From: an uncultured Gemmatimonadales bacterium
GTDB lineage: Bacteria > Gemmatimonadota > Gemmatimonadetes > Gemmatimonadales > GWC2-71-9
Direction of reading: 5' to 3'
NCBI GenBank assembly: GCA_963748815.1
Contig: CAVVKJ010000010.1
Span: 512,001 to 576,000, forward strand
Length of the DNA: 64,000 nt
Below the pieces are notes generated by a model that worked only from the letters and a program-made list of their open reading frames with translations, searched no databases and had not been told where the DNA came from. Positions within the stretch are counted from its first letter, which is position 1. Each line of letters starts with the position of its first letter. A program made the position numbers and the translations under genes. Below are positions 44,407-54,277 of the stretch, in pieces.

Positions 44407-46194
44407 TCAGCGCAGACCGAGCCGGCGGCGGCTCACCCACTCCGCCGCGAGCGCCAGCAGGACCAGCAGGTACATCCACGGCCACTGGCGGAGGGTCCGC
44501 CGCTCGCCGGCGCCGGCCGCGGGAATGCCCCGTGACTCGACGGTCACCGGCTTGGCCAGCCATTCCCGGGACCAGACGTCGACCGCCACGAGGCCGGTGC
44601 CGCGCTGCGGCCCGCCCAGCCGGTAGCGGTACGTCCCCGGCGCCAGCCAGATCGCGGCGCGGCCGTCGCCTCCGAAGCGCAGGGTGTCCTGCCGCGCCTG
44701 GCCCCCGGACTCGAAGGTCACGGGGAGCTGCGCGGTCGAATCGTCGGTCCGCTCGAAGGTGAGCGGCATGCCCTGCTCCACGACCCGCTGGAGCACCCGG
44801 GCCTCGGAACTGCCGCGGTCAGGTTCCGCCAGGAGCCACGAAACGGTGGCGGCGATCATCGCACGGTAGACGTCGGCGCTCGGCCCACCCCGGAACCCCC
44901 AGCGCCAGAGGCCCTCGGCGCCGACCACGACCTCGCGCCGGCGCCCGACCTGGCGACCGAGGAGGACCGGTCGTGCGGCGCCACGCCGCCCCACCTGCAC
45001 CGTCAGCCCGACCCACTCCCCGTCCGACACCGCCAGGGCACGGATGCCGGTCAGCGGCGGCAACGATTCCACCGGCACCCCCAGGAAGGCCATCGCAATC
45101 GGCGAAACCGGCGTCCCGGACGCATACCATTCACCGTCGGTGGCGCCTGATTCCGGCCAACGCCATACGCCGCGGGCCTTCGACCCCTCCACCATCGACC
45201 CCGCCTCGCCCCGCACGACGAGCAGGTCGGCTCCCCTAGCGGCAGCCCGGACCGCCGAGACCGTAACCTCGCGCAGCCCGTCCATGTCACGCCACCGATC
45301 CCCTTCGAGGCGGACGTACCCTTTCACCGGAAGGTCGGCCACATCGCGGAGCGCCCGGTAGAGGAATCGCGCATCCCAATCCCCTGGGCTCGCGAGCAGC
45401 ACCACGCCGGGCGTCCCGCTGAAGTCGACCGCCAGCATTCGGGCGTCGTTGCGAGGCTCCGCGTCATCCGCCCCCTCGATTCCGATTGTGAGGAGCTGAG
45501 TCCCGACCGCGAGCCCGCGGGTCCCGGCACCGACCCGTACCGGCACGGCGGTCCCGGACTGAACCGCCGTCCTGGTTCGTCCGAGGATGCGACTCCCGGC
45601 GCTGAGCAGCACCGTCACGCTCTCGGCCGCGGTGCCAGTCGTGGTCAGTTCCGCCGTGACCAGGATGCTGTCCCCGACGGTCGCTCGAGCGGGCGCGTGC
45701 AGCCCGGTGACGGCGAGATCGCGGCCCGCTGGCCGCGGCAGCACAACAAATCCCACGGAGGCGAGGAGGTCCGCTGGCACGTCCGCCAGGCCATCGAGCT
45801 CTCCGTCGGTGACCACGACGGTGCGGCGGCCGAGCGCACTCGCCGCGGCAAGCGCGGTGCCGACCTCACTCCGGCCGCGCGCAGCGACGGAATCGGTCCA
45901 GGGGCGCGCATCTCCAAACCACCGCACGCGCCCCAGGGAGCGGGCTGTGTCGTCCGCGGCCCGCCACTGCATCGAATCGGCGCGCATGCTGAGCGAGGCA
46001 TCCAGCAGAACCAGGGGCGGCCGGCTGTCGATCGGCCCAGGGCACCCCGGGTTCGCCACTAAGGCGCCCATGCCGGCCCAGGCGACCGCCCGAAACAGCA
46101 TCGGCACCCAAGTCCGGGGGCCCCGGCCTTCCAGGCGCAGGTAGGTGACCAGGGCGAGGGAGGCCGCAAGCGGGACGAGGAGGAGTGGAAGCAT
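44407..46194 (-). CDS. Membrane protein with vWA (MIDAS) domain and Ig-like domain
   Basis: N-terminal TM helices, LVLLDASLSM (DxSxS), VVVTDGE, DLAVTGL..PRND, C-terminal TM LLVLLALAAEWVSRRR. Confidence 0.72.
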   Translation of the reverse strand: MLPLLLVPLAASLALVTYLRLEGRGPRTWVPMLFRAVAWAGMGALVANPGCPGPIDSRPPLVLLDASLSMRADSMQWRAADDTARSLGRVRWFGDARPWTDSVAARGRSEVGTALAAASALGRRTVVVTDGELDGLADVPADLLASVGFVVLPRPAGRDLAVTGLHAPARATVGDSILVTAELTTTGTAAESVTVLLSAGSRILGRTRTAVQSGTAVPVRVGAGTRGLAVGTQLLTIGIEGADDAEPRNDARMLAVDFSGTPGVVLLASPGDWDARFLYRALRDVADLPVKGYVRLEGDRWRDMDGLREVTVSAVRAAARGADLLVVRGEAGSMVEGSKARGVWRWPESGATDGEWYASGTPVSPIAMAFLGVPVESLPPLTGIRALAVSDGEWVGLTVQVGRRGAARPVLLGRQVGRRREVVVGAEGLWRWGFRGGPSADVYRAMIAATVSWLLAEPDRGSSEARVLQRVVEQGMPLTFERTDDSTAQLPVTFESGGQARQDTLRFGGDGRAAIWLAPGTYRYRLGGPQRGTGLVAVDVWSREWLAKPVTVESRGIPAAGAGERRTLRQWPWMYLLVLLALAAEWVSRRRLGLR

Positions 46195-46262
46195 GAGGGT
46201 CTGCGGAATCCTACGCGGGACGCGGCGTCAGGATTCGAACGGCGCTGGCGGTGGGGGGAATG

Positions 46263-47507
46263 TCAGTCGCCGAGATGGGCGATCGCGGGGGCGGGCCCCG
46301 GATACAGCTGCGCGGCGAGTCGGCCCCGTTCCATGTCGAAGGCGGGCCGGTCGGCTGCCGCGACGGGTTTTCCGTTGCCGAGGTCCAGGCGGCGGGAGTC
46401 GCGTGCGACGCCGTTGACGCGAAATTCGTAGTGCAGGTGGGAGGCGGTGGCGAGCCCCGTGGCTCCGACCCGGCCGATGACCTCGCCCTGGCTCACGCGT
46501 TCGCCGGTCCGCACGAGGATGGCGCTCAGGTGACCGTACCTTGTCGTGATGCCGTTCGCGTGCCGGACCTCGATCAGGTTGCCGTAGCCGCCGGAGCGAC
46601 CCGCCTTGACGACGGTGCCCTCGCCGGCGGCGAGGACGGGCGTGCCGGTGGCGGCGGAGTAGTCGGTCCCTTCGTGCCGTCGGGCATAGCCGAGAATCGG
46701 GTGGCGGCGCGACCGATTGAAGCTGGAGGAGATCCGGCGGAACTGAAGCGGCGCGCGGAGGAAGGCGCGCTTGAGCGATTCGCCGTCGGCATCGTAATAG
46801 GAAGGATTGCCGTCCGCCGCCTCGAACCGGAAGGCGGTGAGGCTGCGCCCGTTGACGGAGAGGTCGCTGGCCAGGATGCGCCCGAACCGGACCTCCCCCT
46901 CCTCCGACACTTCGCGTTCAAAGACGACCTGGAAGCGGTCGCCCGCCCGGATGTCCCGGGTAAAGTCCACCGACCAGGCGTAGACGTCGGCGAGGTCCCA
47001 CGCCAGCCGCTCCCGCTCCCCCGGGCCCAGCAGCTGGGCATCGACGCCCTCGTCGAGCGCCACATACAGCGAATTGTCGATCGGCCCGTCGATCCGCACC
47101 ACTTCCGGACGCCAGGAAATCGGCTGGACCTCCGTGGTCCAGCCGCCGCTGTCAGCGCGCAGGAACTGGAGGCGCTGCTCGGCACCGGTGCGGACGGTGA
47201 AGGCGTTCGGGAATGAGTCGAGCCGGGCGCGGCGGAAGCTGAACACCATCCCGCTCCGGGCGCGCCGCGGATCGAAACTCGAGCGGGCGACGACGTCCTG
47301 CAGGTTAAGGCCGACGATGCCCTGGCGGGCGAGCAGATCGGAAATCGTCTCGCCGCGGCGGAGGGTGTCCGCGTTTTCGGTCCAGGCGTTGCTGACCACG
47401 ATCGGGGGCGCCACGAGGACGCGCTGCCATGGCCAGGAGCCGGTCAGCGAGGCCCACGCCCCGAGGAGAACGATCGCGAGCGCGACGAGGAACCGCGTGA
47501 CCTTCAT
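46263..47507 (-). CDS. M23 family peptidoglycan endopeptidase (MepM-like)
   Basis: RISSSFN..RRHPILG..HEGTDY (HxxxD), TRYGHLS, TGLATASHLHYEF (HxH); N-terminal anchor. Confidence 0.92.
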   Translation of the reverse strand: MKVTRFLVALAIVLLGAWASLTGSWPWQRVLVAPPIVVSNAWTENADTLRRGETISDLLARQGIVGLNLQDVVARSSFDPRRARSGMVFSFRRARLDSFPNAFTVRTGAEQRLQFLRADSGGWTTEVQPISWRPEVVRIDGPIDNSLYVALDEGVDAQLLGPGERERLAWDLADVYAWSVDFTRDIRAGDRFQVVFEREVSEEGEVRFGRILASDLSVNGRSLTAFRFEAADGNPSYYDADGESLKRAFLRAPLQFRRISSSFNRSRRHPILGYARRHEGTDYSAATGTPVLAAGEGTVVKAGRSGGYGNLIEVRHANGITTRYGHLSAILVRTGERVSQGEVIGRVGATGLATASHLHYEFRVNGVARDSRRLDLGNGKPVAAADRPAFDMERGRLAAQLYPGPAPAIAHLGD

Positions 47508-48661
47508 CAGTCCATCTGGCGCCGGATGAAGGTCGGAATTTCCATGTCCGGCACATCCGACGGCGCGGCGTTCCGGCGCGGCTCCGGCCGGACGCCGGAC
47601 GCCGGGGTCGGGGCGCTGAGGGGTGGCGGCGCGGCCGCCCGGCGCGGCGTCGGGAACGGAAGGATGCCGGCGGCGGACCGCCCGCCGACATCGTGGGCGA
47701 TGGTCCGGTCGAAGCCGGTGGCGATGACCGTGACCCGCACCTCGCCCTCCATGGCCGGATCGTTGTGGGCGCCGAAGATGATCTCCGCGTCGTCGCCCGC
47801 GGCGTCGTGGATGATCTGGTTGATCGTGCTCGCTTCGCCGAGCGTCAGGTCGTTGCCGCCGGTGATGTTGATCAGCACGCCGGTGGCGCCGGTGATCGAC
47901 ACGTTGTCGAGCAGCGGGCTCGAAATGGCCTGCTGGGCGGCTTCCATGGCGCGGTTGTCTCCGCGGCCGGTGCCGGTGCCCATCAGCGCGGCCCCGCCGT
48001 TCTGCATGATGGTCCGCACGTCGGCAAAGTCCACGTTGATGATCCCGGTGGAGGTGATCAGCCCGGCGATGCCCTGGGTGGCGTGCAGCAACACCTCGTC
48101 GGCCTTCTTGAGGGCGTCCTGGAACGGAATTCCCTTCCCGACCACCGCGAGGAGCCGCTCGTTGGGCACCACGATCATGGTGTCGACGTTGTTGCGCAAT
48201 TCGGCGATGCCCATCTCGGCCTGCCGCATCCGCTTCCGGCCCTCGAAGAGGAACGGCTTGGTCACGATGCCGACGGTTAGGGCGCCGATATCCCGCGCCA
48301 CCTGGGCCACGATCGGCGCCGCGCCGGTGCCGGTGCCGCCGCCCATGCCGCAGGTCACGAAGACGAGGTCCGCCCCCTGCACCGCGGCGATGATCTCGTC
48401 ACGGTTCTCCTCGACCGCCTGGCGGCCGATTTCCGGCCGCGCGCCGGCGCCGAGCCCGCGGGTGAGCTTCTTCCCGATCTGGACCTTGAGGTCCGAGCGC
48501 GATGCGGTGAGCGCCTGGGCGTCGGTGTTCACCGAGATGAACTCCACGCCGAGGAGTCGCTCCTCGATCATCCGGTTCACCGCGTTGCCGCCGCCGCCGC
48601 CGACGCCAATGACCTTCATCTTGGCGCTTTGGGTGACCGTTTCTTCGAGCTCGAAGATCAT
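47507..48661 (-). CDS. ftsZ: Cell division protein FtsZ
   Basis: [26 protein letters not shown]-terminal [11 protein letters not shown]. Confidence 0.99.
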   Translation of the reverse strand: MIFELEETVTQSAKMKVIGVGGGGGNAVNRMIEERLLGVEFISVNTDAQALTASRSDLKVQIGKKLTRGLGAGARPEIGRQAVEENRDEIIAAVQGADLVFVTCGMGGGTGTGAAPIVAQVARDIGALTVGIVTKPFLFEGRKRMRQAEMGIAELRNNVDTMIVVPNERLLAVVGKGIPFQDALKKADEVLLHATQGIAGLITSTGIINVDFADVRTIMQNGGAALMGTGTGRGDNRAMEAAQQAISSPLLDNVSITGATGVLINITGGNDLTLGEASTINQIIHDAAGDDAEIIFGAHNDPAMEGEVRVTVIATGFDRTIAHDVGGRSAAGILPFPTPRRAAAPPPLSAPTPASGVRPEPRRNAAPSDVPDMEIPTFIRRQMD

Positions 48662-48684
48662 GGGTGTGTCCTCTCAGGACCGGA

Positions 48685-49938
48685 TCAGAAGAAGTCTTGC
48701 AACCAACGCTTGACGGGGGCGAGGTACTTCTCAACCTGGGTGCCGCGGCGTCCACCGGTGCCGAACCCGCTGCCCACGGCGAGCTGCCGGGCGCCATACA
48801 GCGCCAGCCCCGCGGGGACGACCATCCGCGGCGACTCCACGCTGTCGGCGAGACCCGTGAGTTCCTGCTTCGGCACGCCGACCCGCACCGGCATGGCGAA
48901 CACTTCGCGGCCCAGCTCCACGATGCCGGTCGCCTGGGCGCCGCCGCCGGTCAGGATCACGCCGGCCGGCAGCCGCTGGTGGTAGCCCGCACGGGTGATC
49001 TCGTCGAGGGCATACTCCAACACTTCCTGCAGGCGCATGTGCATTATATGCGCAAGCACCCGGCGGTGCGCGCTCCGCGCCCCTTGCCCCGGCGTGCTCG
49101 GCAACTGGATGACGTCGTCTTCCGGCACCAGCGGCTCGTACGCGGCCCCGAACCGCTCCTTGATCCGCTCGGCGTCCTGCTGCGTCACCTGCAGCCCGTG
49201 CACCAGGTCGGCGGTGACATGGCCGCCGGCGCAGAGGAGCGACGCGGTGTGCCGGATCTTGCCGCCGTGGAAGATCGAGACGTTGGTGGAGCCGCCGCCG
49301 AGTTCGACGATGGCGCACCCGAGTTCGCGTTCGTCGGGGGTGAGCACCGCGAGGGACGCCGCCAGCGGCTCGAGCACGAATTCGCCCACGTGATACCCGG
49401 CCCGCTCCACCGCCCGCCGCAGGTTCTGCAGCACGCTGGAGAGCACCGTGACCAGGTACACCTCGGCCTCGAGCCGCGAGCCGGTCATCCCGATCGGCTC
49501 GCTGATCCCCGGCTGCTGATCGATGATGTAATCCTGCGGAATGGCGTGCAGGAGCTCGTGGTCGCGGCCGAACGAGACGTTGCTGGCCATGTCGTTGACC
49601 CGCGCGACGTCGCCGGTGCGGATTTCGTCGCCGGTGACGGAGACCATGCCGTGCGAACTGCGGCCGGCGACGTGTTCCCCGGCGATGCCGCAGTACACGG
49701 TGCCGACCTCGACGCCGGCCATCCGCTGGGCGTCGGTCATCGCCTTGGTAATGGCGCGGGTGGTCTCTTCGAGGTCGCGAACCACGCCGCGGCGCATGCC
49801 GCCGGACCGCTCGATGCCCACGCCGAGGATCCGCGCCATCGGATGCCGGGAGTCGCCAGTCGCCTCGCCGATGATCGCGATGGTGCGGGTGGAGCCGAGG
49901 TCGAGCGCGGCGACCAGCCGCTGCGGAGCGGCGCTCAT
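48685..49938 (-). CDS. ftsA: Cell division protein FtsA
   Basis: ALDLGST, VLEPLAAS, ELGGGST, AERIKERFG, ILTGGGA, C-terminal WLQDFF. Confidence 0.97.
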   Translation of the reverse strand: MSAAPQRLVAALDLGSTRTIAIIGEATGDSRHPMARILGVGIERSGGMRRGVVRDLEETTRAITKAMTDAQRMAGVEVGTVYCGIAGEHVAGRSSHGMVSVTGDEIRTGDVARVNDMASNVSFGRDHELLHAIPQDYIIDQQPGISEPIGMTGSRLEAEVYLVTVLSSVLQNLRRAVERAGYHVGEFVLEPLAASLAVLTPDERELGCAIVELGGGSTNVSIFHGGKIRHTASLLCAGGHVTADLVHGLQVTQQDAERIKERFGAAYEPLVPEDDVIQLPSTPGQGARSAHRRVLAHIMHMRLQEVLEYALDEITRAGYHQRLPAGVILTGGGAQATGIVELGREVFAMPVRVGVPKQELTGLADSVESPRMVVPAGLALYGARQLAVGSGFGTGGRRGTQVEKYLAPVKRWLQDFF

Positions 49939-50627
49939 GCCGGACGCCCCCGTCCGCGCACGACCACTTGGCCGGCAAAGCGGCCGTCCAGCTCAACCCA
50001 CGCGCGGCCCTGCTGGCCGAGTACCTGTTCTGCTGCCATCACCGCGCGAATGACCTCCGCTGACACGTCGGGGCGGAGCCACAGTTGGCGTCCGCCGAGA
50101 TCCACCAGCACGTCCCCCTTCACCTGCGAGGCCGTGACCACCCGGGAAAATAACTCGGGATCGAGTTCCTGCAGCCGGCCGAGGACCCGCGCGACGATCG
50201 CGTCAGGCTCGTCCACCACCGGCAGGTCAGGCGCCGAGACCGCCGGGTCAAAGGGGAGGAACTTCCCGTTCCTGCCCACCATCGCCAGCCGCCCGTTCCT
50301 GGGTGCCAGCGCGACGGCGCGTGCCTCCGTCACCTCAACCACGAGCGTCCCGGGAAGACGACGGTGCACTTCGGCGCTGCGGATCCCGGGGAACGCGTAG
50401 ACCCTGGCCTGGTAGGGACCGAGATCGTCGAAGAGATTCCCCCGGGGCGGAATCTTCATGGCGGCCACGAGATCGGCAGGACGGACCGCCTCGACACCGA
50501 CAAATTCCACCCGCCGCACCGTGAAGAACCCCACCCGCCGCAGCACGGTCGGCGCACCGAACCAGAGGAGCGCCCCAATCGCTGCCCCACCGAGCGCCTT
50601 GAGCGCCGGCCGAACCCAGGGTCGCAT
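49935..50627 (-). CDS. ftsQ: Cell division protein FtsQ/DivIB
   Basis: TM helix, POTRA (VRRVEFVG..AEVHRRLPGTLVVEVTE), C-terminal LDGRFAGQVVV; between murC and ftsA. Confidence 0.85.
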   Translation of the reverse strand: MRPWVRPALKALGGAAIGALLWFGAPTVLRRVGFFTVRRVEFVGVEAVRPADLVAAMKIPPRGNLFDDLGPYQARVYAFPGIRSAEVHRRLPGTLVVEVTEARAVALAPRNGRLAMVGRNGKFLPFDPAVSAPDLPVVDEPDAIVARVLGRLQELDPELFSRVVTASQVKGDVLVDLGGRQLWLRPDVSAEVIRAVMAAEQVLGQQGRAWVELDGRFAGQVVVRGRGRPA

Positions 50628-51997
50628 CAGCCCCGCAAACCGGCCGCGACTTCCGGACCCAATCGCGTGATGTCGCCGGCCCCGAGCGTCAGGAGGACGT
50701 CGCCGGGGGCGAGCAACCCGAGGACCAGTTCGCCGACCGCCGAACGGATCGGGGCGAAGTGCACGTTCGCCCCTGCCGCGCGCGCCGCCTCGGCCACCAG
50801 CACGCCGCTGACCCCGGGGACCGGCTGTTCCCGTGCGGCGTAGATCTCGGTGACCACGGCGACATCCGCCGCGGCCAGCGCCCGCCCCATTTCGGCGCTG
50901 TGCGCCTGGGTACGGCTGAAGAGGTGCGGCTGGAACACCGCCACCAGGCGCCGGCCCGGATACGCCTGCCGCGCCGCCTCGAGCGTGGCGACCAGCTCCG
51001 TCGGGTGGTGGGCGTAGTCGTCGACCAGAGTGACCCCGCCAGCGTCGCCCAGGCGCTCGAAGCGCCGCCCGACGCCCTGAAACTCTGCCAGCGCCTCGAC
51101 CGCCGCGTCCATCGAACCCTCGAGCGCGTGCACGACGCCGAGCGCGGCGGTGGCGTTGCGGAGGTTGTGCACTCCCGGCACCCGGAGCCGCAGCGTGACC
51201 GCCTTTCGCCCCGGCAGGCTCACCGAGGCCGTCGTCATCGACGCCTCCTGCCGCACGTCCGAAATCCGGAGGTCGGCGCCGGCGGACAATCCAAACTTGA
51301 GCGTGCCAGCCCCGAGACGGGTCGCGAGGCGCGCGGCGCCGGCGTCATCCACGCCCACCAGGCGCGCCCGGGCTCGGCCGGCGAACGTGGCAAACGCTTC
51401 TTCCAGCGCCTCGAACGAGCCGTAGCACTCGAGGTGATCGGCTTCCACGTTGTTCACGACCGCCACCGTCGGGTGGAGAGCCAGAAAGGCCTTGTCGTAC
51501 TCGTCGGCTTCGACCACGAAGAGGGCGTCGCCATCGAGTCGCGCGTTGCCGCCCCACTGCCCGACCCGTCCGCCGGCCAGACCCGTCGGCGCCAGCCCGG
51601 CCGCCGCGAGCGCCTCCGTCGTCATGACCGTCGTGGTGGTCTTGCCGTGGGTCCCGGCAATGCCCACCACCGTGCCCCCCGAAACCAGTCCGGCAAGCGC
51701 CTCTTTCCGGGGGATGACCGGGATCCCGAGCGCGCGCGCCCGGGCCAATTCCGGATGCTCTGCCGACACGGCGGCGGTGTAGACCAGGGCGCGTGCCCCC
51801 TCGGCGTGCGCCGGATCGTGGCCGCCGTGGACCACCGCCCCCGCGGCGGCCACATCGCTGGCCCCGGACGGGTCCGGATCACACCCGGTCACCGAGACCC
51901 CCCGCCTGCGCGCAATCAACGCGAGGGCGCTCATCCCGGCCCCGCCGATGCCGACGAAGTGCACAGGCCGTGGATCCGACGGGTTGAATAAGTCCAT
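50627..51997 (-). CDS. murC: UDP-N-acetylmuramate--L-alanine ligase
   Basis: HFVGIGGAGMS, AGTHGKTTT, VEADEYD, GVGRRFE, DDYAHHPTE, FQPHLFSRT. Confidence 0.97.
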   Translation of the reverse strand: MDLFNPSDPRPVHFVGIGGAGMSALALIARRRGVSVTGCDPDPSGASDVAAAGAVVHGGHDPAHAEGARALVYTAAVSAEHPELARARALGIPVIPRKEALAGLVSGGTVVGIAGTHGKTTTTVMTTEALAAAGLAPTGLAGGRVGQWGGNARLDGDALFVVEADEYDKAFLALHPTVAVVNNVEADHLECYGSFEALEEAFATFAGRARARLVGVDDAGAARLATRLGAGTLKFGLSAGADLRISDVRQEASMTTASVSLPGRKAVTLRLRVPGVHNLRNATAALGVVHALEGSMDAAVEALAEFQGVGRRFERLGDAGGVTLVDDYAHHPTELVATLEAARQAYPGRRLVAVFQPHLFSRTQAHSAEMGRALAAADVAVVTEIYAAREQPVPGVSGVLVAEAARAAGANVHFAPIRSAVGELVLGLLAPGDVLLTLGAGDITRLGPEVAAGLRG

Positions 51998-52009
51998 TGG
52001 AATTGAGCT

Positions 52010-52037
52010 AATGTAAAATCTTATCGAGAGTTGCGAA
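52010..52037 (-). promoter_or_regulatory. Putative internal promoter for murC-ftsQAZ
   Basis: AT-rich 49-bp gap; minus strand TTCGCA-N16-TACATT, 12 nt before the murC ATG. Confidence 0.45.
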
Positions 52038-52046
52038 AGAGCGAGG

Positions 52047-53135
52047 CTACCCCAAAAGCGTCAAAAGATGCGACACGATGTCGCTCGCAGCAGCCGGTCG
52101 GCCCCGGGCCAGAGCCGCGGCCGACATCCTGGCCCTGCGGGCCGGGTCGCCGATCAACCCCGATATCGCCAGCCCCAGGGTGTCGGCCGTCAGGTCCTTC
52201 TGGAGGAGGACGGCGGAGGCCCCCGATGCCTCGAGGGCCCGAGCATTGGCGGTCTGGTGGTCGGCGGCCGCCGTCGGGAGTGGAATGAGGAGGCTGGGGA
52301 GGCCCCAGGCGCAAATCTCGGCGCACGTCATCATCCCCGCCCTGCCGATCACCAAGTCCGCCACGGCAAAGGCGTCAGCGATCGGGTCGAGAAAGTCGAA
52401 GAGCTGCAGGTTGGGCGGCTGCCGAAGCGACTCGAATCGACTGAAGGATCCCCTGCCGGTGGCCCACAGCACCTGGATTCCGGCTCCGCCGCCGCCGGAC
52501 AGCCACGCTGCGGTGGCCTCGTTAATGGCCACCGCCCCCTGGCTCCCGCCCGTGACGAGCACCACCGGTCGGTCTCCGGAGAGCGCGAACCGCTGGCGTG
52601 CCGCGGCCGCGCGACCTGTATCGGGGGGAGTGATCGGGTTGCCGGTGTCGTGGACAACGGTGCCCCGCCCGATCCGGAGGTGGCGTTCGGCCTCGGGAGC
52701 TCCGAGGTAGATGTGGCGCACCCGCCGGCTCAGCAGTCGGGTGGCGAGCCCGGGGAAGGCGTTCTGTTCCTGGATGGCCGTCGGGATGCCCCGGCGTGCC
52801 GCGACGTACACCACCGGGGCGGAGGCGTACCCGCCGGTGCCGAGGACGGCCACCGGACGCTCCTCATCGAGGAGCCGACCGACCGAACGGAGCAATCCAC
52901 CGGCAACGAAGGGCCAGCGCCAGTTCTTCCACCACTGCCGGCGATAGAGCGGCTCGGCGGGGAGCAGGACGTGTCGGAACTCCCGGGTGGGGAGCAGGGT
53001 CCGTTCGATGCCGCGTTCCGCGCCGACCAGCACCGGCTCGAGATTCGGGCGCTGACGGCGGAGCTCGGCAGCGAGCGCCAGCGCGGGCATCAGATGCCCA
53101 CCGGTGCCTCCGCCGGCGATGAGCACGGTCCTCAT
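52047..53135 (-). CDS. murG: Lipid II GlcNAc transferase MurG
   Basis: IAGGGTGGH, GTGGYAS, QEQNAFPG, TGNP, TGGSQGA, HQTANA. Confidence 0.96.
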   Translation of the reverse strand: MRTVLIAGGGTGGHLMPALALAAELRRQRPNLEPVLVGAERGIERTLLPTREFRHVLLPAEPLYRRQWWKNWRWPFVAGGLLRSVGRLLDEERPVAVLGTGGYASAPVVYVAARRGIPTAIQEQNAFPGLATRLLSRRVRHIYLGAPEAERHLRIGRGTVVHDTGNPITPPDTGRAAAARQRFALSGDRPVVLVTGGSQGAVAINEATAAWLSGGGGAGIQVLWATGRGSFSRFESLRQPPNLQLFDFLDPIADAFAVADLVIGRAGMMTCAEICAWGLPSLLIPLPTAAADHQTANARALEASGASAVLLQKDLTADTLGLAISGLIGDPARRARMSAAALARGRPAAASDIVSHLLTLLG

Positions 53136-54277
53136 TCGGCGGTGCTCTGCCGGGCCGGGCGCCCGCGCATGCGGCCCACATTGATGAGGATGCCGGTCGC
53201 GACCAGCGACATGACGAGGCTCGACCGCCCGTAGGACATGAAAGGCAAGGTCAGCCCGGTCGTGGGCATGAGCGCCAGGGAGACGGCCATGTGCATCACC
53301 GCGGTCATGCCGATCATCGCGGTGATGCCGACAGCGAGAAACTGTCCAAAGGGATCCGGCGCGCTCCGGGCAATGCGCATGCCCAGCCAGAGGAAGAGCC
53401 CGAACAGGACCGCCACGAGCACGACGCCGACGAAGCCCCATTCTTCGCCGATGGTGCTGAAGATGAAGTCCGAGTAGGCGTACGGGAGGAAGAGCTTCTG
53501 TTGCCCTTCGCCGAAGCCGACGCCGAGCAGTCGGCCTGACCCGATCCCGACGAGCGACTGGTGGATCTGCATCCCGGCGGCGTCGGTCGCCTCGCCGGGA
53601 TTGAGGAAGGTGGTGAGGCGCGCGGCGCGATACTGGACGTTCTGAATCTTCTCGAAGAGGAGGATCAGACCCGCGAAGCCGAGCAGGATGAAATGCCCGA
53701 TCTTGGCGCCGGCCGAGAAGAGGACGATCAAGCCGAGGAGCGCAACCAGCGTCGCCATGGAGAGGTTGGGTTGGCCGAGGATGAGAAGCGACACGACACC
53801 GATCCCGACCAGGAAGGGCATCACCCCTTTCTTGAACTCCCGCACCTGCGTCCCCTTCTTGGCCGCCAGCGCCGCACACCAGACGATGATGGCGAGCCGC
53901 GCGATTTCCGAGGGCTGGAAATTCAGCGGACCGATGTCCACCCACCGGCGCGCCCCGTTGATCCTGGGCGCGATCGACTCGGTACCGGGAAGCAGCGGGA
54001 TGAGCAGCACGGCGATCGTGGCGAAGAGGAGCGGCCAGGCGAGCCGGCGCCAGAGGTGATAGTCGATGCGGGAAACGATGCTCAGGCCGAGGAGCCCGAG
54101 CAGGGCTCCGACGAACTGACGGAGCGCAAACCCCGCCCCACCGCCGCCCGCAGTCTGGAGGCTCAGCGCCCCGTACGTATTGGCAATGCCGAAGACCACC
54201 ATCGTGGCCGTCACCACCGTCAGGAGACGGGTCTCCCAGCGCAACTCGCCCGGGTGCCGCGCGACCGGCGCGCTCAC
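53132..54277 (-). CDS. ftsW: SEDS protein FtsW
   Basis: INGARRW..FQPSEIA, QPNLS, QSLVGIGSG, LPYAYSDFIFSTIGEEWG, TGLTLPFMSYG. Confidence 0.94.
   Translation of the reverse strand: MSAPVARHPGELRWETRLLTVVTATMVVFGIANTYGALSLQTAGGGGAGFALRQFVGALLGLLGLSIVSRIDYHLWRRLAWPLLFATIAVLLIPLLPGTESIAPRINGARRWVDIGPLNFQPSEIARLAIIVWCAALAAKKGTQVREFKKGVMPFLVGIGVVSLLILGQPNLSMATLVALLGLIVLFSAGAKIGHFILLGFAGLILLFEKIQNVQYRAARLTTFLNPGEATDAAGMQIHQSLVGIGSGRLLGVGFGEGQQKLFLPYAYSDFIFSTIGEEWGFVGVVLVAVLFGLFLWLGMRIARSAPDPFGQFLAVGITAMIGMTAVMHMAVSLALMPTTGLTLPFMSYGRSSLVMSLVATGILINVGRMRGRPARQSTAE

Noticed and set aside
46206..46240. tRNA-like GTTCGAATCC (minus strand) within a small hairpin
   Set aside because: No cloverleaf and no integrase nearby; probably an ordinary intergenic stem
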